The notes beneath the pieces are model-generated. The model worked only from the letters and a program-made list of their open reading frames with translations. It had not been told where the DNA came from and made no database searches. The position numbers and the translations under genes were made by a program. 64,000 bases of DNA. Origin: Vulcanimicrobiota bacterium (GTDB taxonomy: Bacteria; Vulcanimicrobiota; Xenobia; Xenobiales; JADMJV01). Below, piece after piece: positions 1 through 9,766 of the stretch (positions are counted from its first letter, which is position 1; each line of letters opens with the position of its first letter). The stretch covers positions 320,001-384,000 of the forward strand of contig JBFWNU010000005.1 in assembly GCA_050250895.1 (NCBI GenBank), in the 5' to 3' direction.

Positions 1-2
1 GG

Positions 3-3000
3 GACGACCACCAGATCTTCGAGAAGTCCCTCGAAGCCCGGGCCCAAGCCGAAGAATACGTCTTCTACGAAGGTCCGCCCACGGCCAACGGCCGGCCCGG
101 TGTGCATCACGTTCAGGCCCGGGCTTATAAGGATCTCTTTCCTCGCTACAAGACCATGCGCGGCTTTCTGGTGCGCCGCAAGGCCGGTTGGGACTGCCAC
201 GGTCTGCCGGTAGAGATCGAGGTCGAGAAGCAACTGGGCTTTTCGGGCAAGACCGAGATCGAGAAGTACGGCGTCGAGCCCTTCAATCGCAAGTGCCGCG
301 AGTCGGTGATGGTCTATGAAGGGGCCTGGCGCGAGATGACACGGCGCATCGGCTTCTGGATCGATCTCGACGACGCCTATATGACCATGACCAACGACTT
401 CGTCGAGAGTGTCTGGTGGTCGCTCAAACAGCTATGGGACAAAGAACTGCTCTACAAAGGCTATAAAGTGGTGCCGTTTTGCGCCAAGGACGGCACGCCG
501 CTTTCCTCGCACGAGGTGGGTCTTGGCTACAAAGAAGTGACCGACCCCTCCATCTACGTGCGTTTTCCCCTGGTCGACCCGGCGGCCCTGGGTCTGCCCG
601 AGGGAGCGGCTCTGCTGGTCTGGACCACCACTCCCTGGACTTTGCCCGGCAACACGGCCGCGGCCGTCTCGCCAAAATTGACCTATCACGCCGTGCGCTT
701 CAAAGACGAGGTGCTGGTGCTGGCCGAGAGCCTGTTGGGCCCAGCCCTGGCGGCCGAGTCGGGCTGGCAGAGCATCAAGACCTTCAGCGGCCAGGAACTG
801 GTGGGCAGCCGTTATCAGGCTCCCTTCACCTTCTTTGACTTCGACAAGCCCGGTCACCGGGTGGTCTCGGGAGAATTCGTCACGGCTGAGGACGGAACCG
901 GCATCGTCCATATCGCCCCGGCCTTTGGTGCCGACGACTTGCAGATGAGTCGCGACCACGATCTTCCGGTGGTGCACCCGGTCGATGCCAGCGGGCACTT
1001 CAAGCCTGAAATGGGGCAGCTCACCGGACTATGGTTCAAAGACGCCGACGCGGTCGTCATCAAGGACCTGACCGAACGCAAGATTCTCTATCGTAAAGCC
1101 GATTACGTCCACCAGTATCCCCACTGCTGGCGCTGCCGCAACCCGCTGATGTATTACGCCACCGACTCGTGGTTCATCGGCAACACTCGGCTCAAGGATC
1201 GCCTCATCGAGAAGAATCAGGACATCGATTGGCATCCGGCCCATATCAAGAGCGGTCGCTACGGCAACTGGCTCGACAACCTGGTCGACTGGGCCATCTC
1301 GCGCACCCGCTACTGGGGGACCCCGCTACCCATCTGGGAATGTGACTGCGGCAAGCAGACCTGTATCGGCTCGTATCAAGAGCTGGCCGAGTTAGCTTGC
1401 CAGCCGGTCGATGTCGCCGCCGCCGACTTTGACCCCCATCGCCCTTACGTCGACGACATCAAGCTGCGCTGCGAGTGCGGGGCCGAGATGCAGCGCGTGC
1501 CCGAGGTGATCGATTGCTGGTATGACTCGGGCTCGATGCCGTTTGCCCAGCTTCACTATCCCTTCGAGAATAAAGAACGTTTCGAGAAGGCCTTTCCGGC
1601 CGACTTCATCTGCGAGGGCCTCGACCAGACTCGCGGTTGGTTCAACTCGCTGCATCAGCTGGGCGTGATGCTGTTCGACTCGATCGCTTACAAAACGGTC
1701 ATCTGCCACGGCCTGGTGCTGGACCACGACGGCGAGAAGATGTCCAAGTCGCGTGGCAACGTGGTCGATCCCTGGGAGGTGCTCAACGCCCATGGGGCCG
1801 ACGCCCTCCGCTGGTATCTCTACGCCTCGGCCCCGCCCGAACTCTCGCGTCGCTTTTCGGTCGAGCTGGTGGGCGAGGCCTGCCGCCGCTATCTGAGCAC
1901 CCTCTGGAACACCTATCACTTCTTCGTGCTCAACGCCAACGCCATGAAGCCCAACCTGAAGAACCCGACCCCGCCGGCCCAACGCAGCCAGCTCGATCGC
2001 TTTATCCTGGCCGAGCTGCATCGCCTCATCCGTGAGGTGACGGTGCGGATGGACGAATATCAGCTCACCCCGGCGGCCCGGGCCATCCAAGACTTCGTCG
2101 ACGTGCTCTCGAACTGGTACGTGCGCCGCAGCCGCCGCCGTTTCTGGGAGGGCGAGGCCGAGGCCTATCAGACTCTCTATGATTGCCTGCTGACCCTGGC
2201 GCAATTGACGGCGCCCTTCACGCCCTTCGTGGGCGAGGCTCTCTATGGAAATCTGGCCCGCTCGGTCGACCAGGACGCGCCCGTGAGCGTGCATTTGACC
2301 GATTGGCCGCAGTTTGACGAGAGCCTCATCGACGAGGCCCTGATCGCCGACACCGAAGCGGTGATGAAGGTGGTTTCGGTGGGCCGCGCCGCCCGCAACC
2401 AGTCGGGTCACCGAGTGCGCCAGCCACTGGCCGAGCTGCTGGTGCGCAGTCGCGACGCGGCCGAGACCGAGGGGCTCAAGCGCCTGGCTGACCAGATCCT
2501 CGACGAGCTCAACGTCAAGACGATCCGGTTTCTCGAGCCGGGTGAAGAGTTTCTCGACTATTCGGTCAAGCCCAACCTGCGCATCGTGGGCAAGAAATAC
2601 GGCAAGAAGGTGCCGGCCATGCGCGCGGTGCTCGAGCATGTCGACGGCAAGATGGTCGCCCGCTGCGTCAAAGAAGGCCAGCCCGTGCCGCTCGAACTCG
2701 AGGGCGAGACTTTGATGCTCGAGCCCGACGAGGTGCTGGTCGAGGCCCGTTCGCCCGAAGGCTTCGAGGCCCAGGAAGAGGCCGGCATTCTGGTGGCCGT
2801 CTCGACCCATATCACGCCCGAACTCAAGGCCGAGGGCATCGCCCGCGACCTGGTGCGCCACATTCAAGAGCTGCGCAAGAACTCGGGACTCGACATCTCG
2901 GACCGCATCAAGACCTGGGTCCAGGTCGACGGCGAGATCAGCCAGGCCCTCGAAGCCCATCGCGAGACCATCGCCAACGAGACCCTGTCGCTATCGCTCG

Positions 3001-3092
3001 AGACCTCGGCGCCGCCGAGCGAGGCCTCGACCACCGAGGTTTCACTGAACAAGGACGAGCCCAGCTTCAAGATCGGGCTGCTTAGGGCGTGA
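3..3092 (+). CDS. ileS: Isoleucyl-tRNA synthetase, type 2 (5' end lies outside the window)
   Basis: Frame is open from base 3 (DDHQIFEKS...YEGPPTANGRPGVHHV). Contains GWDCHGLPVE, editing-domain WTTTPWTLPGN and GTGIVHIAPAFG, DWAISRTRYWG, KMSKS, and the IleRS2-type C-terminus (EGIARDLVRHIQELRK). Confidence 0.97.
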   Translation, partial: DDHQIFEKSLEARAQAEEYVFYEGPPTANGRPGVHHVQARAYKDLFPRYKTMRGFLVRRKAGWDCHGLPVEIEVEKQLGFSGKTEIEKYGVEPFNRKCRESVMVYEGAWREMTRRIGFWIDLDDAYMTMTNDFVESVWWSLKQLWDKELLYKGYKVVPFCAKDGTPLSSHEVGLGYKEVTDPSIYVRFPLVDPAALGLPEGAALLVWTTTPWTLPGNTAAAVSPKLTYHAVRFKDEVLVLAESLLGPALAAESGWQSIKTFSGQELVGSRYQAPFTFFDFDKPGHRVVSGEFVTAEDGTGIVHIAPAFGADDLQMSRDHDLPVVHPVDASGHFKPEMGQLTGLWFKDADAVVIKDLTERKILYRKADYVHQYPHCWRCRNPLMYYATDSWFIGNTRLKDRLIEKNQDIDWHPAHIKSGRYGNWLDNLVDWAISRTRYWGTPLPIWECDCGKQTCIGSYQELAELACQPVDVAAADFDPHRPYVDDIKLRCECGAEMQRVPEVIDCWYDSGSMPFAQLHYPFENKERFEKAFPADFICEGLDQTRGWFNSLHQLGVMLFDSIAYKTVICHGLVLDHDGEKMSKSRGNVVDPWEVLNAHGADALRWYLYASAPPELSRRFSVELVGEACRRYLSTLWNTYHFFVLNANAMKPNLKNPTPPAQRSQLDRFILAELHRLIREVTVRMDEYQLTPAARAIQDFVDVLSNWYVRRSRRRFWEGEAEAYQTLYDCLLTLAQLTAPFTPFVGEALYGNLARSVDQDAPVSVHLTDWPQFDESLIDEALIADTEAVMKVVSVGRAARNQSGHRVRQPLAELLVRSRDAAETEGLKRLADQILDELNVKTIRFLEPGEEFLDYSVKPNLRIVGKKYGKKVPAMRAVLEHVDGKMVARCVKEGQPVPLELEGETLMLEPDEVLVEARSPEGFEAQEEAGILVAVSTHITPELKAEGIARDLVRHIQELRKNSGLDISDRIKTWVQVDGEISQALEAHRETIANETLSLSLETSAPPSEASTTEVSLNKDEPSFKIGLLRA

Positions 3093-3889
3093 CCGCTCCC
3101 CAGCCTCTGGGTAGCGTGTCTGACGAGCTTCCCAAGGCGCGAAATCCGGCCTGGGCCGCGATCCTCTCTTTGATGGTCCCGGGCCTGGGGCAGGTCTACA
3201 ATGGGCGGCTCCAGCTGGGTATCGGCTGTTGGCTGCTTTGGCTGGGCCTGAATCTAGGCTCTCCTTTTTTTTGGGCCCCTTTGCTGGCGCTGGGTTTCTG
3301 GGCGGTGGCAGGCGCCTATCTGTTCTTGCCGTTGGTGCGGCTTGCTATCGTGCTCCAGGCAGGTTTCGATGCTCGTCGTTGTAGAGGCAACCGACGCTGC
3401 TCCTGGTGGCTCTATCTGGTCATGGCGGGCTTTCCTGTCGCCTTTCACCTCCTGCTGGGATCGGCCTGGCTGGCCGCCATCCCTATTCATACTCTGCAGA
3501 CATCGTCTGGGGGGATGGTCCCCACGCTGTATCCGGGCGATTGTGTAATCGCTGACTATCGGGCTTTCACTCCGACCAACGGGGACATCATCATCTACGA
3601 CTACGAGGGCGCCAGCTATATCAAAAGGGTGGCAGCAGTGGGCGGCCAGCGCATCGAGATTCGGGACAGTAAGCTCCTGGTGGACGATCAGGTCGTGCCA
3701 ACCGTTTGGGAAGAGCCGTCCTACATGGACTATCCAGAGTCGCTGGTCCCGCCGGGCCACTACTTCGTGCTGGGTGACAACATCAATAACTCCCGCGATT
3801 CGCGTTTTCTCGACCCGGTGCCGGGCGACAAGGTGCTGGGGCGCGTCGTTTATCGATATTTTGGCACAGAGATCGGAACCCGACTTTAG
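3089..3889 (+). CDS. Signal peptidase I (S26)-like protein with N-terminal transmembrane helices; nucleophile position appears to be Gly
   Basis: Box B-like TSSGGMVPTLYPGD, box D YIKRV, box E FVLGDNINNSRDSR; hydrophobic N-terminal half. Confidence 0.8.
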   Translation: MTAPQPLGSVSDELPKARNPAWAAILSLMVPGLGQVYNGRLQLGIGCWLLWLGLNLGSPFFWAPLLALGFWAVAGAYLFLPLVRLAIVLQAGFDARRCRGNRRCSWWLYLVMAGFPVAFHLLLGSAWLAAIPIHTLQTSSGGMVPTLYPGDCVIADYRAFTPTNGDIIIYDYEGASYIKRVAAVGGQRIEIRDSKLLVDDQVVPTVWEEPSYMDYPESLVPPGHYFVLGDNINNSRDSRFLDPVPGDKVLGRVVYRYFGTEIGTRL

Positions 3890-3928
3890 TTTCAGTCTAG
3901 ATTCAGCGGGGCCATCTAGGCTGTAGTG

Positions 3929-4993
3929 GTGAAGGTCCGTTCCGCGCCGGCCTGGCCTGCCCATATCGAGCGTCAGCTCGCCAAACTCACGCCCGACCAG
4001 GCGCAGATGTTTGGCGATCTTTACCAATCGACGCGACGCCTCGAGAAATGGCGCGGGGCTGAGCGTTTTGGCGCCAAAGAAGCCCTGGAGCGCCTGCTGG
4101 TCAATGGCACCCTGACCCGCAAACCCGACAGCCAGGGCCACACCCTGCTCGAGAACCTGGTCGAAATGCAGACCGACCCATCCATCGGCAAGACCTATCG
4201 CCGCGATTTGATGGGCTGGACCCTGGCCCATCTCGCCTTTCCCAAGCAGAGCTTCAATCAGGTGCCAGACAAAGGCACCTGCGCTCCCACCGTGCTGGCT
4301 TATGACCTGGCCCTCGACGCTCCGGCCGAGTTCGTGCGTCTGGTGGATGGGCTGGCCGGGCACGAGCGCGAGGTTGCCATGGCCAACGGCGAGATGCTCC
4401 ATCGCGCCGCGGGCAGTTTGCAGAACGGCTCACGCGACGGTTCGCCCGTGGAGCGGATGCTGCAGGCTTCGTTGATGGGCTTCGCCCGCCCCGAAGACCG
4501 CTACTCGCTGGCCGAGGACGCCTTCGAGGCTGGCGAGGACACCGGGCTCGAGCCGGCTCAGGTGGTGCGTCTGGTCGGGGCCCTCACCGGTCATCCGGTC
4601 GAAACGCGCCAGGTCGACCTCGACGACCTGCGGGCTCTGGTCAAGACCACCAATGGCCGCGCTCCGACGGTGATTCGTTGGAGCAGTGATCCCGAGGGCA
4701 AGCATAGCTACCACATGGTGATGGTCACGTCTGTTTCGGGGGAGCACGTCTATTATCGCAACCCCTGGGGCAACCGGGGCGACGACGACGAGACCCTCGA
4801 GGGCGCCCGCGAAGTCTTCAAGAACGGCTTCGAGCGCATGAGCCTGGGCGAGTTCGAAGGCCGTCTGGCCTGGGCCGTTTTGCCGGCTGGCTGGACGGCT
4901 CCGCCTTTCGAGCCGCTGCTCTTGACCGACCCGGTCAAGCCCGAGCCGAGCCGCGGGTTTTTCGGACGCCTCTGGGACAGCCTTTTCGGTTGA
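3929..4993 (+). CDS. Hypothetical protein with putative papain-like cysteine peptidase domain
   Basis: NQ...GTCAPT (Cys), YHMVMV (His) and YYRNPWG (Asn) occur in papain-fold order. GTG at 3929 lies 6 nt after TAGGCT; the ORF track starts at 3926. Confidence 0.6.
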   Translation: MKVRSAPAWPAHIERQLAKLTPDQAQMFGDLYQSTRRLEKWRGAERFGAKEALERLLVNGTLTRKPDSQGHTLLENLVEMQTDPSIGKTYRRDLMGWTLAHLAFPKQSFNQVPDKGTCAPTVLAYDLALDAPAEFVRLVDGLAGHEREVAMANGEMLHRAAGSLQNGSRDGSPVERMLQASLMGFARPEDRYSLAEDAFEAGEDTGLEPAQVVRLVGALTGHPVETRQVDLDDLRALVKTTNGRAPTVIRWSSDPEGKHSYHMVMVTSVSGEHVYYRNPWGNRGDDDETLEGAREVFKNGFERMSLGEFEGRLAWAVLPAGWTAPPFEPLLLTDPVKPEPSRGFFGRLWDSLFG

Positions 4994-4996
4994 TGA

Positions 4997-5578
4997 TTAC
5001 GAAGTCACGGGTTTTTCCAGGCCAAGGCGCTTTTGGGTGTGCTCCATGAAGCTCTGGTAGGGCTCCAGACCCTCGGGAAACAGCTCCATCATCTGGTACC
5101 AACTCAATTCGGTGTGAAGAATGACATCGAGCACCGAGAACGTGTCTCCCAAGACGAAGGGCCCGCGGAAGCGGCCGGCCATGGCTTCGAACAACTCACG
5201 AACCTTGGCTCGGCACTCGCTCTTGTCCTCGGCCGTAAAGGCCTGCATGGCTACCTGTTCGAGGGTGGATTGGATGAAAAGAACCCATTCATACAAGAGG
5301 GCACGCTCGGGGGTGCCCACTTTGGGTGTGTTCAGCTTGTCGGGAAACAGGTCGGCCAGATACAGTGTGATGGCGCCGGACTCGACGATGGTGGTGTCGC
5401 CGTGGACCAGGGCCGGCACCCGGCCGTAGGGATGGATCTTTAGATACTCGGGCGTTCTGTTCTCTCCGGCTTTGAAGTCGATGATGCGCTCTTCATGGGG
5501 AATCTCGAAGATCTGCAAGATGCGCTGGGTGCGAACACCCCGGCTCATCGGATTGGTGTAGTGAATCAGGTTGCTCAT
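4997..5578 (-). CDS. Glutathione S-transferase family protein
   Basis: NPMSRG N-terminus, EYLKIHPYGRVPAL and ESGAITLYLAD motifs; ATG start at 5578. Confidence 0.92.
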   Translation of the reverse strand: MSNLIHYTNPMSRGVRTQRILQIFEIPHEERIIDFKAGENRTPEYLKIHPYGRVPALVHGDTTIVESGAITLYLADLFPDKLNTPKVGTPERALLYEWVLFIQSTLEQVAMQAFTAEDKSECRAKVRELFEAMAGRFRGPFVLGDTFSVLDVILHTELSWYQMMELFPEGLEPYQSFMEHTQKRLGLEKPVTS

Positions 5579-5650
5579 AGAGCGAGCCTTCGCCAGGACC
5601 GGGATGGATACTTTCCAGGAGGGAAGAGTTCTTCTTTCGAAACCAGCCGG

Positions 5651-7438
5651 ATGCACAGCACACTGATCCTGGTGGCCGTGGGACCCAGCGGCGAGCGTCA
5701 GGAGTTTTCGCTCAACGACCACTCCTATGCCGTGGGCCGGGCCGACGGCCGTCACGACCCGCGCCGACTGGCGATCAGCGGCGATCCGCTACTGTCGCGG
5801 CATCACTTCGACCTCGACTTCGAGAACGGCAGCTTCACGGTCGTGCGCAACCCGGCCGCCAAGAATCCCATCTTTTTTATGGGTAAAGAGAGCGACCGCT
5901 TCGAACTCGCTCCGGGTCAGACGTTTCTTTCGGGCAAGACCCGCTTCCAGCTGGCTTTTCGCGGCACCGTCGGAGACACCCCGCCCACCACCGAGTTCAC
6001 CCTGCTGCGCACCGACTACCAGCCGGCCAAACGGCAGAACATCGCCGAGTGTTTTCGGGCGCTGGTCGAACTTTTGCCAGAGCTGCGCAACAGCGCCGAA
6101 GAAGAGACCGCTTTCAACAGCGCTGTGGGGGTGCTCAAGAGCCTGCTGCCGGATGCCGCCGAGTTCATGGTGTTCAAAGTGTCTCGGGAGGGCGAACTCG
6201 AGACCCAGCTGGTGGCCTCTGCCACCAAACCGGGGCGCAGCGGCACCACTCCGCCCAGCCGCGGCCTGCTGAGCCGGGCCTTTGAATCCAACGGCACCAT
6301 CGCCCACGTCTGGGCGGCCGGGCAGGCCGAACCCAGCGCCATGACCGAACACGCTCGGGCCGATTGGGCGGTAGCCTCGCCGGTCGAGGTGGCCGGCAGC
6401 GAGTGCTACGCTTTGTATGTGGTGGGCAGCGCCCCGGCCGCCCTCAGTCCCACCGAGGCCGAGCGCCAGAAGCGCTATCTCGATGACATGACCGCTTTGG
6501 TCGACATCGTGGCCGAGACCCTCAGCCACCATCTGGCGGTGGCCAGGCTCAACCGTTTCGAAGGCCAGGTCACGCGCTTTTTCTCGCCGGTCCTGCGCCA
6601 GAGCCTGGCCGGACGCGAATTCAGCGAAGTCCTAAGACCCACCCGCCGGGTGGTGACGGTGCTCTTCTTTGACCTGCGAGGCTTTTCTCGAGCTACTGAA
6701 GAGGCCGAAGAGGACCTCGAGCAGATTCTCGGCCACCACGAGGTCCTGACCGACGTCATGACGGCGGTGACCGATTGCGTATTTAGCCAGGACGGGGTGG
6801 TGGTCGACTATCAGGGCGACGCCGTCATGGCCTGCTGGGGCGCGCTGGCCGACGGCTCAGAGGCTCACAAAGCCGTGGCCGCCGCCCGCAACATCGTGGA
6901 GCGGATCTATTCGATGGACCTGCCCTTTACCAGCGGACCTCGGGCTTTGCGCTGCGGCCTGGGGCTGGCCTCGGGCGAGGCCATCGCTGGTCAGATTGGT
7001 GCTCGTGAGCAGATCAAGTTCGGCGTGCTGGGACGGGTGGTAAATCTCGCTTCTCGGCTCGAGGGGCTGACCAAGTACTTCGGCGTGCCCATTCTAATGA
7101 GTGACGGAGTCCGTCAGAATCTGGTGGATAATGAATGTCTTTGTCGCCGCATCGGCATGGTTCGCCCGGCCGGGGTGGCCGAAGCTACCGAGGTCCATGA
7201 ACTGGTGGTCGGCTCAGAATTTGGCGGTTCGGGGCTCTCGTTGGACGAGGTGAGGTCTTTCGAAGAGGCCGCCCTGCTGTTTTCGCGCGGGGATATGAAT
7301 GCGGCCTACGAGGCGCTGCTCGAGGGGTCCCGTGCCAACGACCCGGTGGGACGCTTTCTCACCCGCAGCACGCTGCAATACCTCGACGACGGGGTGCCCA
7401 AAGGGTGGGACGGCGTGCTGCGCTTCGACCGCAAATAG
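5651..7438 (+). CDS. FHA-GAF-class III adenylate/guanylate cyclase
   Basis: FHA motifs (VGR...LSRHH...NP), GAF-like middle region, cyclase motifs FFDLRGFS, YQGDAVMA and VNLASRLE. Confidence 0.88.
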   Translation: MHSTLILVAVGPSGERQEFSLNDHSYAVGRADGRHDPRRLAISGDPLLSRHHFDLDFENGSFTVVRNPAAKNPIFFMGKESDRFELAPGQTFLSGKTRFQLAFRGTVGDTPPTTEFTLLRTDYQPAKRQNIAECFRALVELLPELRNSAEEETAFNSAVGVLKSLLPDAAEFMVFKVSREGELETQLVASATKPGRSGTTPPSRGLLSRAFESNGTIAHVWAAGQAEPSAMTEHARADWAVASPVEVAGSECYALYVVGSAPAALSPTEAERQKRYLDDMTALVDIVAETLSHHLAVARLNRFEGQVTRFFSPVLRQSLAGREFSEVLRPTRRVVTVLFFDLRGFSRATEEAEEDLEQILGHHEVLTDVMTAVTDCVFSQDGVVVDYQGDAVMACWGALADGSEAHKAVAAARNIVERIYSMDLPFTSGPRALRCGLGLASGEAIAGQIGAREQIKFGVLGRVVNLASRLEGLTKYFGVPILMSDGVRQNLVDNECLCRRIGMVRPAGVAEATEVHELVVGSEFGGSGLSLDEVRSFEEAALLFSRGDMNAAYEALLEGSRANDPVGRFLTRSTLQYLDDGVPKGWDGVLRFDRK

Positions 7439-7441
7439 GCG

Positions 7442-7819
7442 TTAGGCGCTCAGGGTCAAGGCCTCGACCACAGCCTCGAAAAGGTCCTGGGTGCGAAACG
7501 GCTTTTGTAGAAAGCCGTGACTCTTGGCCATCTGGGCCTGGGTGGGTGGATAGCCGCTGGTCAGGATCTTGGGCAACTTGAGGGGCAGGGCCTCGAGCCG
7601 TTCGAAAAGCTCGATACCGTCCATGTCGGGCATGGTGAGGTCGGCAATCACCAGGTCGAATCTTTGCTCGGGATCGCTGGCCAGACTCAGGGCTTGAGCT
7701 CCGCTTGCGGCCAGACACACCTCATAGCCCCGCGAACTCAGCATGCGCCCCACGGTGGTCAGGACCATCAGTTCGTCGTCGACCAGCAGCAATCTGACCG
7801 AACCCTCGGTCGAGCTCAT
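7442..7819 (-). CDS. Single-domain response regulator (receiver)
   Basis: LLVDDE, ADLTMPDMDG, TSG and QKPF receiver motifs. Confidence 0.92.
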   Translation of the reverse strand: MSSTEGSVRLLLVDDELMVLTTVGRMLSSRGYEVCLAASGAQALSLASDPEQRFDLVIADLTMPDMDGIELFERLEALPLKLPKILTSGYPPTQAQMAKSHGFLQKPFRTQDLFEAVVEALTLSA

Positions 7820-8142
7820 TATCGCGTTCGCTGTTCTAGAGAGTCGACACGAAGGTCGTCGATGCGACGCGCCAGGGCCTCGAGTTCAGAACGCAGGGCC
7901 ACAGCCTGGTCTTGCGTTGCCCGGGCCTGGTCGGCGCCGCCCAGACGCTGATGCTGGGTGTCGAGGTCGCCGCGAAGGTTTTCGACCATCTGGGCCAACT
8001 CGTTGCGGGTGACGGCGCGGTCGGGCTGCAGCTGACCGTCATGGTAGCCCTGCAGCAGGCCGCGCTCGACCAGCCCTTCCATCGGGGGGCGGGCCAGGGC
8101 CGGTGTGACCAGCAACAGTAGGAGAATCAGGCTGCGCTTCAT
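7819..8142 (-). CDS. Secreted SLH-domain protein with coiled coil
   Basis: Signal peptide MKRSLILLLLLVTPALA; SLH-like LVERGLLQGYHDGQLQPDRAVTRNELA. Confidence 0.75.
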   Translation of the reverse strand: MKRSLILLLLLVTPALARPPMEGLVERGLLQGYHDGQLQPDRAVTRNELAQMVENLRGDLDTQHQRLGGADQARATQDQAVALRSELEALARRIDDLRVDSLEQRTR

Positions 8143-8214
8143 ACAGTGGTGTTCGCTGCCGGCCCCGGCATGGCCTTCGGCGGGAACACCGGCGGCCGTC
8201 ACGAAGGCTAGGGT

Positions 8215-8634
8215 ATGAGACTCACGCTAGCAACCCTGACTTTTCTGTTCCTCTCGAGTGCTGCTTTTGCGGCTCCCCCGGTGATGTCAAGCACCACCGC
8301 CACCGCCCAGGGCGACGTGCGTCGACCGGTCGTGGTCGAGGTCACCGTCGAGAATCGAGGCAAGGAGCCATCGGACCCGGCCGTGGCCACGGTGCACTTT
8401 ACGCCCAAGGTTCGGGGCGGAGGTGGCGACACCCTCAAGGACCCGCTCGACTTGCGCCAGCAGGTGCCGCCGCTGCAACCCGGCGAGCGCAAGGTGGTCA
8501 CGTTCGCCACCCCTTACGAGTCGCGTAACGCCTTTCGCAATCAGCGAGGGACCTTCCGGGCCTTCAATATCGACCCCGCCCAGGAGATCGTGATCGAGTT
8601 CAAGGGGGCCGTGGGTCCGATGCCCACCCGTTGA
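8215..8634 (+). CDS. Secreted hypothetical protein (CARDB/Ig-like)
   Basis: Signal peptide; VTVENRG...VPPLQPGERKVVTF pattern. Confidence 0.6.
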   Translation: MRLTLATLTFLFLSSAAFAAPPVMSSTTATAQGDVRRPVVVEVTVENRGKEPSDPAVATVHFTPKVRGGGGDTLKDPLDLRQQVPPLQPGERKVVTFATPYESRNAFRNQRGTFRAFNIDPAQEIVIEFKGAVGPMPTR

Positions 8635-9302
8635 GCGATCCGGCTGCCCGCCTGGCTGATCTGCTGCCGGGCGCCAACCTGACCGTTCAAGAGATTCCGA
8701 TGGCCAGACCGATGCGTCTGGCCTTATTGCAATCCGACTTTACCCAGGCCGGCTTGCCGCCGGCCGTGACGCGCCGTCTCATGGAAGAGCCACCATTCTG
8801 GGTCTTCTGCTGGCCCAGTGGCCATCTGCTGGCTCACCTCATTGCCACGAATCCCGCCCTGGTGACCGGCCGCACCGTGCTCGATTTTGGATGCGGGGCG
8901 GGAGTGGTGGCCGTCGCTGCCGCCCTGCACGGCGCTCGGGCGCTGGCCTGCGACCTGGACCCGGTAGCCCTGGCGGCGACCGCCCACAACGCTGCTCTCA
9001 ATCAGGTTGAGGTCGAGCTCTTTAGCGATTATGACAGCATCCAGGGCACCATCGATGTGGTCTTTCTAGCCGACGTGCTCTATGACCACACCAACCTGCC
9101 CTGGTTGGCCCGGTTGGCCGTCCGAGCCGAGGGGATGGCGGTGGCCGACTCACGCTTTCATGGTGACCCGGGCCACGGCTTGCGGTTGCTGGGAACTCGG
9201 CCCATGCGGGCTGTGCCAGACTTTGACCTGCACGACGAGTTTGGCCAGGTCTCGCTGTTCGCTCGCGGCCTACCCGAGGAAGGACTAACCCTGCCGGCGT
9301 AA
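8631..9302 (+). CDS. Class I SAM-dependent protein methyltransferase (Methyltransf_16/METTL20-like)
   Basis: PPFWVFCWPSG, VLDFGCGAG and ADVLYD motifs. Confidence 0.85.
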   Translation: MSDPAARLADLLPGANLTVQEIPMARPMRLALLQSDFTQAGLPPAVTRRLMEEPPFWVFCWPSGHLLAHLIATNPALVTGRTVLDFGCGAGVVAVAAALHGARALACDLDPVALAATAHNAALNQVEVELFSDYDSIQGTIDVVFLADVLYDHTNLPWLARLAVRAEGMAVADSRFHGDPGHGLRLLGTRPMRAVPDFDLHDEFGQVSLFARGLPEEGLTLPA

Positions 9303-9313
9303 AACGGCCGCCC

Positions 9314-9766
9314 ATGCGAAAGATTCTCCTTTGTCTCCTCTGGCTGGCCGTTCCGGCTCTGGCTCAGCCCGACTTCAGTACGCCCGAGGCGGCTTACAAG
9401 ACTTATCTGGCTGCCTGCCAGGCGGCCAGCTTCGAGCAGGCCGACCTGTGTTACACCGCCTCATCGCGCGAAGAACTCAAGGCCAACCCCGAGTTCACCA
9501 AGAACCGCAAGCCCGAACAGTTGACGGGCACCTACGAGCGGCTCAAAGACCGCGGCTACACCATCGAGAAGGTCAACGAGAATCGCGCCATTCTGCACTG
9601 GCAGCCCGAAGACGAGAAAACGCCACCCCTCTACTTCCGTAAACAGAAGAAGGACGAGGGATGGCGTATCGATCTAGCCTTTATGAGCCGCTACATTCGT
9701 CAGAACGAGAACGGCTGGAGTTGGGCTTTTCCAAAGGCCGAGAGCCTCTGGCGCAAAGGAAACTAA
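9314..9766 (+). CDS. Secreted hypothetical protein (NTF2-like fold possible)
   Basis: Signal peptide; TPEAAYKTYL...GWRID pattern; coding-like codon usage. Confidence 0.6.
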   Translation: MRKILLCLLWLAVPALAQPDFSTPEAAYKTYLAACQAASFEQADLCYTASSREELKANPEFTKNRKPEQLTGTYERLKDRGYTIEKVNENRAILHWQPEDEKTPPLYFRKQKKDEGWRIDLAFMSRYIRQNENGWSWAFPKAESLWRKGN

